From Dehalococcoidia bacterium (GTDB lineage Bacteria; Chloroflexota; Dehalococcoidia; Plut-88900): a stretch of DNA of 64,000 nucleotides. The notes under the pieces are model-generated. The model did not search any database and was not told the origin of the DNA. It saw only the letters and a list, made by a program, of their open reading frames with translations. The translations under genes and the position numbers were made by a program. Of the stretch, positions 1 to 8,175 are shown piece by piece; position 1 is the stretch's first letter; each line of letters starts with the position of its first letter. The stretch is from NCBI GenBank assembly GCA_965197645.1, contig OZ240219.1:2976001-3040000 (forward strand), read 5' to 3'.

Positions 1-20
1 GCCGCCAGACCGGTGCCCGA

Positions 21-177
21 CGTGTGAAGCGATCAACTCCAACGCGCCGGACGGGTGTCCAGCGGGCGAAGGACCAACGTCAACTCCGACCCGCAGGACT
101 GGACCGATGACGAAGGACCAGCGTCAACTCCGTCGTTTCGGCCCGCGCTGCCTGCGAAGGACCAACGTCAAACTCCG
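21..177 (-). repeat. Tandem 22-bp repeats at 44-bp period (67-88, 111-132, 155-177; degenerate copy 21-44), each a bulged hairpin on the - strand
   Basis: CGAAGGACCARCGTCAACTCCG x3 (third copy has one extra A) with unrelated 22-bp spacers; - strand folds CGGAG-UU-GAC-GYUG-GUC-CUUCG. Confidence 0.85.
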
Positions 178-241
178 CTTCAGCAGCATTCCCTCTTGGG
201 CGACTCTACGGTCATGCCCGTGCAACAGGGAGATCACGCAC

Positions 242-296
242 CCAGGTTTCTATGGCGGGAAACCTTGGAGAAAGCCAAACAGTGAAGTCATTATCG
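242..296 (-). promoter_or_regulatory. Conserved non-coding motif with hairpin (also at 59356-59409)
   Basis: 45 of 55 positions identical by manual alignment to 59356-59409, at the same position relative to the paralogous gene; ends in GTTTC-CCGCCMTA-GAAAC hairpin. Confidence 0.75.
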
Positions 297-400
297 CCGC
301 GCACGACGCCGCAGGAGAGGGCCGGGGAGACCCCTTTGCCGAAACTGCCGCCAAATCGTTCACAAAAGTTAAGTGGCAACCCCGTGACCGCCCGGACCGG

Positions 401-1243
401 CTACCGCCACAACAGTCCGAAGGTCAGCCTGTTCAGAAGCTCCCGCTTTCTGATCGCTCTCCGCGTGTCGAAGAGCGCGGTCCTGCGCCAGTTGGTCTGC
501 CCGCTCCGGTCCAGGCCCCGGAGGGGCTGCCTCTCCGGGGGAAGCGTCATGTCGTGCTCTTCCAGCAGCGTCAGCTCCACCGCCAGCAAACGCTCCTTCT
601 CCGCCAGCCACGCAAGGCCCCTGCCCTTCGTGGAGTGCGAGTCCTTCAGCCCCCGCCACTCGACGACCAGCGGAAAGGCGTCGCCGAACACATCCTCGTC
701 GTCGGGGGCGGGCTCCCGCGTCACGAGGTCGGGGTACTCCCGCCGCACCCTCGGCCTCGACGCAGGCTTCCTTCCGCCGTCCGGCGCACCGGCCTCCGAT
801 TTGCCTGAACCTGGCTGGGAGCGACCGGCGCCGGCATGACCGGCCCCGGTCCCCTGGGCGCCGCTTCGCTTCAACGCTCCGACCTCGCCCTCGACGGCTG
901 CCATCCTCCTGCGCATCTCCTTGCCCAGCGCATCCACCTCGCTCGCCAGCCCCTTCTCCAGCGCCTCGACCCGTTCCTCCAGCCCGTCGTTGCGCTCCCG
1001 CTGACGTGCCGCCGCCGACCCGACGCCCTCCTGCAACGCACGCTCCAGGGCGTGACGCGCCCGCCGGGACAGCCTCCCGGTCGTCGCGCAGGTGGTCACC
1101 GTCCGGCGGTCCAACTCCAGCACCCGCGCCGCGCCTCTGTAGCCCTTCTCCCGCACCAGCTCTTGCAGCAGCGTCATCAGCCGCATGTGGTGCACGTTCT
1201 CAACGTCCCTGCTCTTCTCGATGCCGTGCTCCGTGGTTCTCAT
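401..1243 (-). CDS. Conserved ICE protein, N-terminal HTH, coiled coil, Arg-rich C-terminus
   Basis: 280 aa; RGAARVLELDRRTV HTH-like segment; paralog at 58455-59261 sharing TLPPE.QPLRG..R.GQ.NWRR.AL.DTR; divergent from transfer operon. Confidence 0.8.
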   Translation of the reverse strand: MRTTEHGIEKSRDVENVHHMRLMTLLQELVREKGYRGAARVLELDRRTVTTCATTGRLSRRARHALERALQEGVGSAAARQRERNDGLEERVEALEKGLASEVDALGKEMRRRMAAVEGEVGALKRSGAQGTGAGHAGAGRSQPGSGKSEAGAPDGGRKPASRPRVRREYPDLVTREPAPDDEDVFGDAFPLVVEWRGLKDSHSTKGRGLAWLAEKERLLAVELTLLEEHDMTLPPERQPLRGLDRSGQTNWRRTALFDTRRAIRKRELLNRLTFGLLWR

Positions 1244-1569
1244 GGCTCATCCTCCTTCTCTCGACTCGACCATAGCCTCCGACCCCGATTCCGGCCCCTC
1301 TCGACCCCTGGCACAAAAACGGGCCACTCAGGAAGGGGCTATGTGCCAGAGGCCCCGCACCGGCAGTGGCACAAAATGGCCCGTTCCAAGCTGCGACTTG
1401 TACCAGCCGACCGGAACCGGCCCTTTCACAAAGTGTTCACTGATTACCCTCCTGTAGGGGGGGAGATGTACCACCTTCCAGGTAGGAAATGACCCACATG
1501 CACCACTCCGGTACAAAACCCCTTTTCCTGTACACCCCCAATACTGCACGAAAAAGTCCGCCGAAAAGA

Positions 1570-1652
1570 GGGCCTATAAGGGCGCGCAAGTGTGCGCGGC
1601 CCTATGGGGGAGCGGGCCTATGAGGGCGCGCAGAAGTGCGCGGCCCTATGGG
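1570..1652. repeat. Two 39-bp direct repeats (44-bp period), each with internal dyad, upstream of transfer operon
   Basis: GGGCCTATRAGGGCGCGCA...GTGCGCGGCCCTATGGG at 1570-1608 and 1614-1652, followed by a T-run. Confidence 0.85.
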
Positions 1653-1740
1653 AGGTCTTTTTTCTCGTTTGATTTGTTCACACTCTTTTGCGAATGCCGC
1701 GGTCCGGTGAACCGCAGCAAACCGCAGGGAGGTGAACGAG

Positions 1741-2355
1741 TTGGCGCTGAAATCGAAACTCCGGTCCGCAAGGCGGCTACTGCCCCTGGCATCCGCGCTG
1801 CTACTGGCGGCGCTCCTGGCAATCCCCGCTAGCAACTTAGCCCTGGCTCAAGCCCCGCCCGGCGACGAGCTGACCCTCGTCAACGCCGAGCGGGATTTCG
1901 TCGAGCGCAAGGGCGGCGGCGAGTTCGTGGCACGCCCCGTCTTCGACCGCAAGATCGTGGACCTCTTCTACGCGGTGAGGGACGCCGACACCGGCGACTG
2001 GATCACCGCCATGTACCGGGTCAAGGGGGGCGAGAAGAAGCGGAGCGACGGCTGGGAATACTCCTGGGAGTACCCCGACCTGGACGAGCACCCCGAGCTC
2101 GACCGCGACCGGGCCTACCTGCTGGTGATGCTGGCCGTGGCCGAGGACGGCAAGCGGGGCGAGTTCTACGCCGTCGTCCCCATCCACCAGCCGGGCCGCA
2201 TCTGGGACAAGATTCTGAGCGCACTCAACCCGGCGCGGTGGGCGAGGGCCTTCGCCGGCTGGGTGATCGAGGGAGTCCACGGGACCCTCTGCGGCGTGGT
2301 GGAGAGAGCGAGCGGCGAGGACGCCGACAACTGCCGGAGGGAGTCCGGCAGATGA
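1741..2355 (+). CDS. Secreted/membrane-anchored ICE transfer-region protein
   Basis: TTG start after GGAGG; signal peptide (LALA-Q); paralog 57446-58069 (GTLCGVVE..SG.DADNCR). Confidence 0.8.
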   Translation: MALKSKLRSARRLLPLASALLLAALLAIPASNLALAQAPPGDELTLVNAERDFVERKGGGEFVARPVFDRKIVDLFYAVRDADTGDWITAMYRVKGGEKKRSDGWEYSWEYPDLDEHPELDRDRAYLLVMLAVAEDGKRGEFYAVVPIHQPGRIWDKILSALNPARWARAFAGWVIEGVHGTLCGVVERASGEDADNCRRESGR

Positions 2356-3332
2356 GCGACATCCTCACCGGCACCCCCGCAGACCTCACCTACGCCCACG
2401 ACCTGGTGCGCCAGGCGTGGATGGTCGTCTGGACCGTCACCTCCGGCGCGCTGGTGGTCATCCTCGGCTGGATGGGGCTGAGCTTCATCATGGCCGAGCA
2501 CCTGGGGACCCGTCAGACGGGCTGGCGGGAGATGGTCCCCCGCCTCGTCTTGGGACTGGTGGCCGCCGCATCGTCCCTCTGGTGGTGCGCCCTGGTCCTG
2601 GACGTGGCCGACGCCGTGTCCGGGTTCATCGCCGTCTCCCTCGACGTGACGGCGGGAGACATGCTCCGCTCCACGCTTCGCACCCTGATGACGGCGGTCA
2701 ACGCCGGGAGCGTGGGCATGGCGCTCTTGCTGGCGGTCCTCTACCTGGTCTACGGCTTCTTCGTCCTCTACGTGATCGTCCAGATGGTGCTGCGGCTGGC
2801 CCTCATCGACATCCTCCTGGCCCTGGCCCCGATTGCGTTGGGGCTGTGGATATTGCCCCACACGGCGGGATGGGGCCGCCACTGGCTGCGGCTCTTCATG
2901 ACGACGGTGTTCCAGCAGGCCATCCAGCTCATCGCGCTGGCGCTTGGGTTCGGCTTCCTGAAGGAGTTCGCGGGGATAGCGGCCTTCGAGCCGGTGCAGG
3001 ACCTGATCTGGAAGCTGCTCATGTCCCTGGCCTTCGTCTACATGGCAACCCGCGTCCCGTCGATGCTCGGCAATCACGGCACCTTCGACTCCTGGCTCTC
3101 GATGCTCTACTTCGGCATGAACCTGCCCTCGTCGCTGATGCGTTCGGCCCGGACCATCGGCTTGGTGGCGGGCGGCGCGGCGGGAGGGCCGGGAGGCATG
3201 GCGGTGGGAGCGATGGTGGCCAGCGCGGGCGTTTCGGCCGCCGCCAGCGGCCTCAGCTCGGCGGCTTCGATGGCGACCCCATCGGCAGGCGGGGGAGACG
3301 GCGGCGGCGAGCCCAGGAGCAGCGGCGAGTAG
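2352..3332 (+). CDS. VirB6/TrbL-like polytopic membrane protein
   Basis: Multiple TM helices, R.ALI.ILLALAPIAL..WILP motif, Gly/Ala-rich tail; ATGA overlap with upstream gene. Confidence 0.8.
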   Translation: MSDILTGTPADLTYAHDLVRQAWMVVWTVTSGALVVILGWMGLSFIMAEHLGTRQTGWREMVPRLVLGLVAAASSLWWCALVLDVADAVSGFIAVSLDVTAGDMLRSTLRTLMTAVNAGSVGMALLLAVLYLVYGFFVLYVIVQMVLRLALIDILLALAPIALGLWILPHTAGWGRHWLRLFMTTVFQQAIQLIALALGFGFLKEFAGIAAFEPVQDLIWKLLMSLAFVYMATRVPSMLGNHGTFDSWLSMLYFGMNLPSSLMRSARTIGLVAGGAAGGPGGMAVGAMVASAGVSAAASGLSSAASMATPSAGGGDGGGEPRSSGE

Positions 3333-3439
3333 CCGCAATACCACGACGGAGGCGGAGAGATGTGCAGCTAAACGGAGCTTACGGACACCGACCGATAGAG
3401 ACGAGCAAAGCACTCGAATCGAGAGAGGAGAAAGAAGGA

Positions 3440-3736
3440 ATGGAACAGCTGACTCAGACCATATCGAACCTGGTGGGAATCCTGCTGGGCGTCGTGGGAG
3501 CGATAGGCGTCGGCTTCTTCATCTACGGCGCGTACCTGTACCTGACGGCATCGGGAGCGCCCCACCAGATGGAGCGCGGCAAGAGCGCCATGATGACCGC
3601 CCTGGCGGGCATCGTCCTGGCCCTGGTCGCCTACGGCGTGGTGGAGCTGGTGATGAACGCCGTCGTGGACCCGGGAATCGACATCGACGACGTGCTGCCC
3701 GAACCCGAAGCGCCGGACGCACCCGCCGACGGCTAG
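3440..3736 (+). CDS. TrbC/VirB2-like pilin
   Basis: Two TM helices flanking YLTASGAPHQMERGKSAMMTALAG, a typical TrbC/VirB2 pilin pattern. Confidence 0.8.
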   Translation: MEQLTQTISNLVGILLGVVGAIGVGFFIYGAYLYLTASGAPHQMERGKSAMMTALAGIVLALVAYGVVELVMNAVVDPGIDIDDVLPEPEAPDAPADG

Positions 3737-3763
3737 GCGGACGTGAGAAGGGAGGAAAAAGAC

Positions 3764-5482
3764 ATGAGAGAACACGAGGTACCGACTCACGTTCAGGCCG
3801 AGGACCGGGTGCTGCTGGGATTCACCTTCCCGCAGGTCGTTGCGGTGGTGGCCGTGTGCGCCCTGTCCTACGGGGCCTACCGCTACGCCCCCATAGGCCC
3901 GTCCGAGGTGCGCATGGCCCTGGCCGTCGTCTTCGGACTGGTCGGCGTGGCGATGGTGGTGGGCAAGATAGGCGGTCGGCGGCTGCCCCTGGTGGCCGCC
4001 GACCTGCTGAAGTACCGGCTGGGGGCGCGGCTCTACGCCGGACAGATCGCTCAGCTGGTGAGAAGCGAGCCGCCCGCGCCGGCGCAGCCGGTGAAGAGCG
4101 GCCCCGGCCCGCTGAGCCTGATGGCGAAACGCGCCGGACGCGGGCTGGGAAGGTTGCGCAAGCCGCGCAAGAAGACCCGCAAGAACACGGAGCGCCGCAA
4201 TGGGCGCATGCGCTGGTTCGGCAAGCGCAGGGGGAAGGACGGGGGGAACCACCACGGCCAGGACCACCGGGTCGAGACCCTGGAGACGAGGAATCGGAAG
4301 CCCCGCGTGGGCTGGATTCCGGTCGTGGCCCTGGCCGTCCTGATGGCGGCTGTCGTGGCCGTCCCCCAGGCGGCGCTGGCCGACGACCACGAGCCCTGGC
4401 GGAACGAGGTCGACTTCGAGGTCACCGAGCCTGTCCCCGGACGGCGGATATTCGTCGAGGCCCTCACCGTCTCCGGCGACCGGGCCGCCGTCACGCTGAG
4501 GGCGGCAACGGACATAGACATCCGGGTGCGGGCCTTCGGTGGGCCGCAGGGCACGTGGCTGCGCTTCTGGGGTTCGGCAACCCTGGCCCAGGGGGAGCGC
4601 ATCGACTATTCGCTGCCCCTCCACGGTCCCGCGCCGTCCTTCACCGTGTCCTGGGAGGACACCCTCGGCCTGGCCGGGGCGCTGACCTTCGAGGAAGCAC
4701 AGCTTCCCTTCCCCCTGCCGGTCGTGGAGGGGGAGTTGTGCGACCTTCGCATGACCTCCCTGGGCTGGACGCCCGGAGCGGTCAGCGGCGTCATCGAGTC
4801 CGAGTGCGCCGCCGCCGTCGAGGAGGCCGTCGAGCTTCAGACGGTAGCCGGACACGAGAGCGTCACCGAGACCGCGCTCATGGACGCCCAGGTGACGGCA
4901 ATCGTCGGGACTCTCTCCGCTGCGACGGGAGCGTCGCAGACCAGCGTCCCCTTCGTCCCCAACGGCGAGACGAGCTTCCGGCTCGGCGTGCCCGCAGGCG
5001 AGGCGATTCACGCCGTGAGCGTGGACGTGAGCCTGGAGGCAAGCCTGAGCATCCCCATCCCCCCGCTGACGCAGCTCATCCACCACCCGGAGCGGGTCGA
5101 ACACGTCACCAGGACCGTGCACCTCCATCGCCCGGGGGACAGCGACTCCGACAGTGAGACGGCGACGGCCACCTGCGAGGACGGCGCCACGGCGTCCGCC
5201 ACCGCGACGGCCTACGCCTACGTCCCCAGCGCCACCATCGCCAGGGAGGTGACGGTGACCATAGTCCACCCGGAGCACGTCAAGGCGGAGACGGTGGAGC
5301 GGTCGCCCATCACGAGGACGAGGAGCGAAACGCTGGCTCTGGCGTCCGGTGTCGGCAGCGACGACACCTTCGCCGTCCTGGTCCTGCCGGAGCCCGAGCC
5401 GGTGGACCCGCCCGCGGAGCAGGAGCCCGCGGACGGGCTGCGCGGCTGGTTCGAGGCGCTGGGCTGGGAGTGGCCCTGGTGA
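3764..5482 (+). CDS. PrgI/VirB3-like domain fused to large extracellular domain
   Basis: N-terminus HEVPTHVQAEDRVLLGFTFPQ plus 2 TM (PrgI-like); K/R-rich linker, third hydrophobic helix, Thr/Val-rich C-domain; lies upstream of virB4. Confidence 0.7.
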   Translation: MREHEVPTHVQAEDRVLLGFTFPQVVAVVAVCALSYGAYRYAPIGPSEVRMALAVVFGLVGVAMVVGKIGGRRLPLVAADLLKYRLGARLYAGQIAQLVRSEPPAPAQPVKSGPGPLSLMAKRAGRGLGRLRKPRKKTRKNTERRNGRMRWFGKRRGKDGGNHHGQDHRVETLETRNRKPRVGWIPVVALAVLMAAVVAVPQAALADDHEPWRNEVDFEVTEPVPGRRIFVEALTVSGDRAAVTLRAATDIDIRVRAFGGPQGTWLRFWGSATLAQGERIDYSLPLHGPAPSFTVSWEDTLGLAGALTFEEAQLPFPLPVVEGELCDLRMTSLGWTPGAVSGVIESECAAAVEEAVELQTVAGHESVTETALMDAQVTAIVGTLSAATGASQTSVPFVPNGETSFRLGVPAGEAIHAVSVDVSLEASLSIPIPPLTQLIHHPERVEHVTRTVHLHRPGDSDSDSETATATCEDGATASATATAYAYVPSATIAREVTVTIVHPEHVKAETVERSPITRTRSETLALASGVGSDDTFAVLVLPEPEPVDPPAEQEPADGLRGWFEALGWEWPW

Positions 5483-5799
5483 GACGCGCCGCGACTCTGC
5501 TGATTCTCACCGGCGCGGCCCTCGTGTTCACGGGGGCTGCGCCGGAGGAGCACGACACGATGCTGGAGCAGTTCGACCGCGTGCTCACGGCGATGGCCTA
5601 CGCCGCCTCCGGCCTCTGCCTGTTCGCCATCGTCTGGGCGGGGTTCGTCCTGATGGCCGAGGGAGGCGAGGAGCGCGGCGGGGGCCGGGCCAAGGCCGCC
5701 GTCGTCATGGCGGTCGTCGGCCTGGCGCTGGTGCTCTCGGCCAAGGGCGTCGCCGCTCTCCTGAGTCACGGCGTTATCCCATCCTTCCCAACCCCATAG
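5479..5799 (+). CDS. Second pilin-like small membrane protein
   Basis: Signal-like N-terminus plus 2 TM with WAGFVLMAEGGEERG..RAK..V..AVVGL; GTGA overlap; paralog 53979-54290. Confidence 0.7.
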   Translation: MRRAATLLILTGAALVFTGAAPEEHDTMLEQFDRVLTAMAYAASGLCLFAIVWAGFVLMAEGGEERGGGRAKAAVVMAVVGLALVLSAKGVAALLSHGVIPSFPTP

Positions 5800-5819
5800 A
5801 GAAAAGGAAGCAAAACGAA

Positions 5820-8123
5820 TTGAAGAAGCTGATTGAACGAATCACGAGGCGCGGAGCGGGGAGCATCCCGGACGGGACCTCCGCTCCGCCTGAGACGCCG
5901 GAAGCGGGACTCTCGGCCAACCCGCACGACGCGGAACGGGAGCCCACGGCTCCCAAGCTCCCTCCCGAGCTGCCCCTCTTCTTCATGCTGTCGCACCTGG
6001 ACGACGACGGACCGGTGCGCCTGGACGGGGTGAAGCTCGGCGTGTGTGAGGTGATGGGCCTTGAGATCGACGAGCCGAAGCTGGGGGCCTTCGCCGGGGC
6101 GCTCAACGCCCTGGACTTCCCGGCCCAGTTGCTCATCAGACAGCACCCGCCGCGCCTTGAACGCCTGAGAGAGAACCTCAAGCAGGCCCAGCCGGAGGAC
6201 CTGCCCCCGCAGACCAGGGCCGCCGCCGAGTCCCTTCAGCGTCTCTTGACCGAGCTGGAGGCCCGCGACGGCATCCTCGACCGGCGCTTCTACGCTGTGT
6301 GCGAGTTCTCGCGCATCGACGATCTGCGCGGCCTGCTGGCAAGGGCCGGGCTGTCCGTCCATACCCTCAGAGGCCGCCAGCTTCGGATGATGCTCGTATC
6401 GGCCGCACTGGGCGGCTCACCTTCCGAGTTCGACGAGGACGCCCCCGTCGAGGTCGAGGTCAACCGACGCGACGTGCGCGTCGGAGACCGGCTGGTCCGC
6501 TCCCTTCACCTGGGCAAGTGGCCCCGGTCGCTGGCCCCCGGCTTCCTGCAAGGGCTCATGGCGGCGGGAGCGCCGATGGACCTGTCCGTCCACGTCGGCC
6601 CGATACCGGCTGAGCAGGCGGCCAGGACGCTGGAGTGGCAGAAGGTCCGCTTCGAGTCGGCGCAGTCCCTCTCATTCAAGCGGGGCCGCACCATGTCCCC
6701 GGAGGCGGAGATCGCCCTGGAGGACATCACCCGGCTCCGCGACGAGGTGCAGCGGGGCAGGGAGCGGCTCTTCCACGCCTCCCTCTCCGTGACCCTTCAC
6801 GCGAAGGACGAGGCTTCCCTGAAGGAGATGACCCAGCGGGCCAAGGCCCACTTCGCCGCCACCCTGGGCAAGCTCGACGCCCTGGCCTTCCGGCAGCGCG
6901 AGGGCCTGTTGTCCACGCTGCCGCTGGCCCTGAACGCCGTGGCCGAGTGGCGCAGCCTGGACACGTCCAGCATCGCCCGTCTCTTCCCCTTCTCGCCCCC
7001 GGACCTGGACACCCGGAGCGGCACGCTCTACGGCATCGACATGCGGGCCTGCTCCCCCGTGGTCTACGACCCCTGGGACGGCACCCACCTGAACGCGAAC
7101 ACGGCGGTATTGGCCCGCTCCGGCTCAGGCAAATCCTTCGCCACCAAGCTGGGAGTATTGCGCGGCATCACTCGCGGCGTCACCGCCTACGTCATCGACC
7201 CCGAAGGCGAGTACGCGGACATGGCCCGCGCAGCGGGCGGCAGGGTGCTGTCCCCCGGAGTGCCGGGCGAGGGCATGAACCCCTTCGTCATCGACAAGGG
7301 AGACTCCGAGGAGATGCTCCAGCGCATCGGCAGCCTGCGCAGGCTCATTGAGGTCATGGTGGGAGAGAGCCTCGGCGCGGAGCGCCGCGCCTCCCTCGAC
7401 CACGCCCTGGCGGGCTACTACTCCCAGCCCCGCGAACGCACCGGTTTCAGGGACTTCTACAAGTACCTTCAGGAAGACGAGGCGGGCGACCGAGACCCCG
7501 AATCGAGTTCGGGGCAGGCTCTGGCCCGCCTGCTGCGGCCCTTCGCCACCGGCAGCCTCCGCCACCTGCTCTCCGACGAGGGCGACGACCTGCTCGGCAA
7601 CGAGGCCCTGGTCACGGTCTTCGACCTTCGATTGCTCGAACCGGAGCTTCGGCCCGCCGCCGCGATGGTCTGCACCGAGACGGTGTGGGCCGCGGCCGCC
7701 CAGGACCCGAAGCCCCGCCTGCTGGTCGTGGACGAGGTGTGGAGCATCATGCAGCACCCCGAGGGCGCGGCCTTCATGGTCAGCATGGCGAAGCGGGCGC
7801 GCAAGCACCGGCTCGGACTCCAGTTCATCACCCAGGACGTGCAGGACCTCCTCTCCGAGGACACGTCTAGGACCATCACCGGACATTCCGGTCGCGCCCT
7901 GCTACAGAACGCCGCCTTCAAGCTGCTTCTCCAGCAGGACGCCGCGGCTATCAGCACGGTCGGCGACGCCTTCGACCTGCCCCAGGACCTCCAACGCTGG
8001 CTGCTGTCCTGCCCCAGGGGAGACGGCCTGCTGCTGGCGAAGGGCAACCGCTTCCCCGTCCGCATCGAGGCGACCCCGGAGGAGACGGCGGTCATCGAGT
8101 GGCGGCCGGGCCAGCACAGGTAG
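5820..8123 (+). CDS. virB4: VirB4-like conjugation ATPase
   Basis: Walker A ARSGSGKS, VIDPEGEY, Walker B LLVVDEVW, KRARKH, ITQ. Confidence 0.9.
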   Translation: MKKLIERITRRGAGSIPDGTSAPPETPEAGLSANPHDAEREPTAPKLPPELPLFFMLSHLDDDGPVRLDGVKLGVCEVMGLEIDEPKLGAFAGALNALDFPAQLLIRQHPPRLERLRENLKQAQPEDLPPQTRAAAESLQRLLTELEARDGILDRRFYAVCEFSRIDDLRGLLARAGLSVHTLRGRQLRMMLVSAALGGSPSEFDEDAPVEVEVNRRDVRVGDRLVRSLHLGKWPRSLAPGFLQGLMAAGAPMDLSVHVGPIPAEQAARTLEWQKVRFESAQSLSFKRGRTMSPEAEIALEDITRLRDEVQRGRERLFHASLSVTLHAKDEASLKEMTQRAKAHFAATLGKLDALAFRQREGLLSTLPLALNAVAEWRSLDTSSIARLFPFSPPDLDTRSGTLYGIDMRACSPVVYDPWDGTHLNANTAVLARSGSGKSFATKLGVLRGITRGVTAYVIDPEGEYADMARAAGGRVLSPGVPGEGMNPFVIDKGDSEEMLQRIGSLRRLIEVMVGESLGAERRASLDHALAGYYSQPRERTGFRDFYKYLQEDEAGDRDPESSSGQALARLLRPFATGSLRHLLSDEGDDLLGNEALVTVFDLRLLEPELRPAAAMVCTETVWAAAAQDPKPRLLVVDEVWSIMQHPEGAAFMVSMAKRARKHRLGLQFITQDVQDLLSEDTSRTITGHSGRALLQNAAFKLLLQQDAAAISTVGDAFDLPQDLQRWLLSCPRGDGLLLAKGNRFPVRIEATPEETAVIEWRPGQHR

Positions 8124-8175
8124 AGAACGCAACGACGGACACGCAGAGAGAACGCCAATAGAGAGGAGTAGAGCA

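Noticed and set aside
21-177. Mini-CRISPR array (22-bp repeats, unique 22-bp spacers)
   Set aside because: Repeats and spacers are shorter than typical, spacer edges pair to extend the hairpins, and no cas operon is in view; iteron or RNA-leader readings fit better
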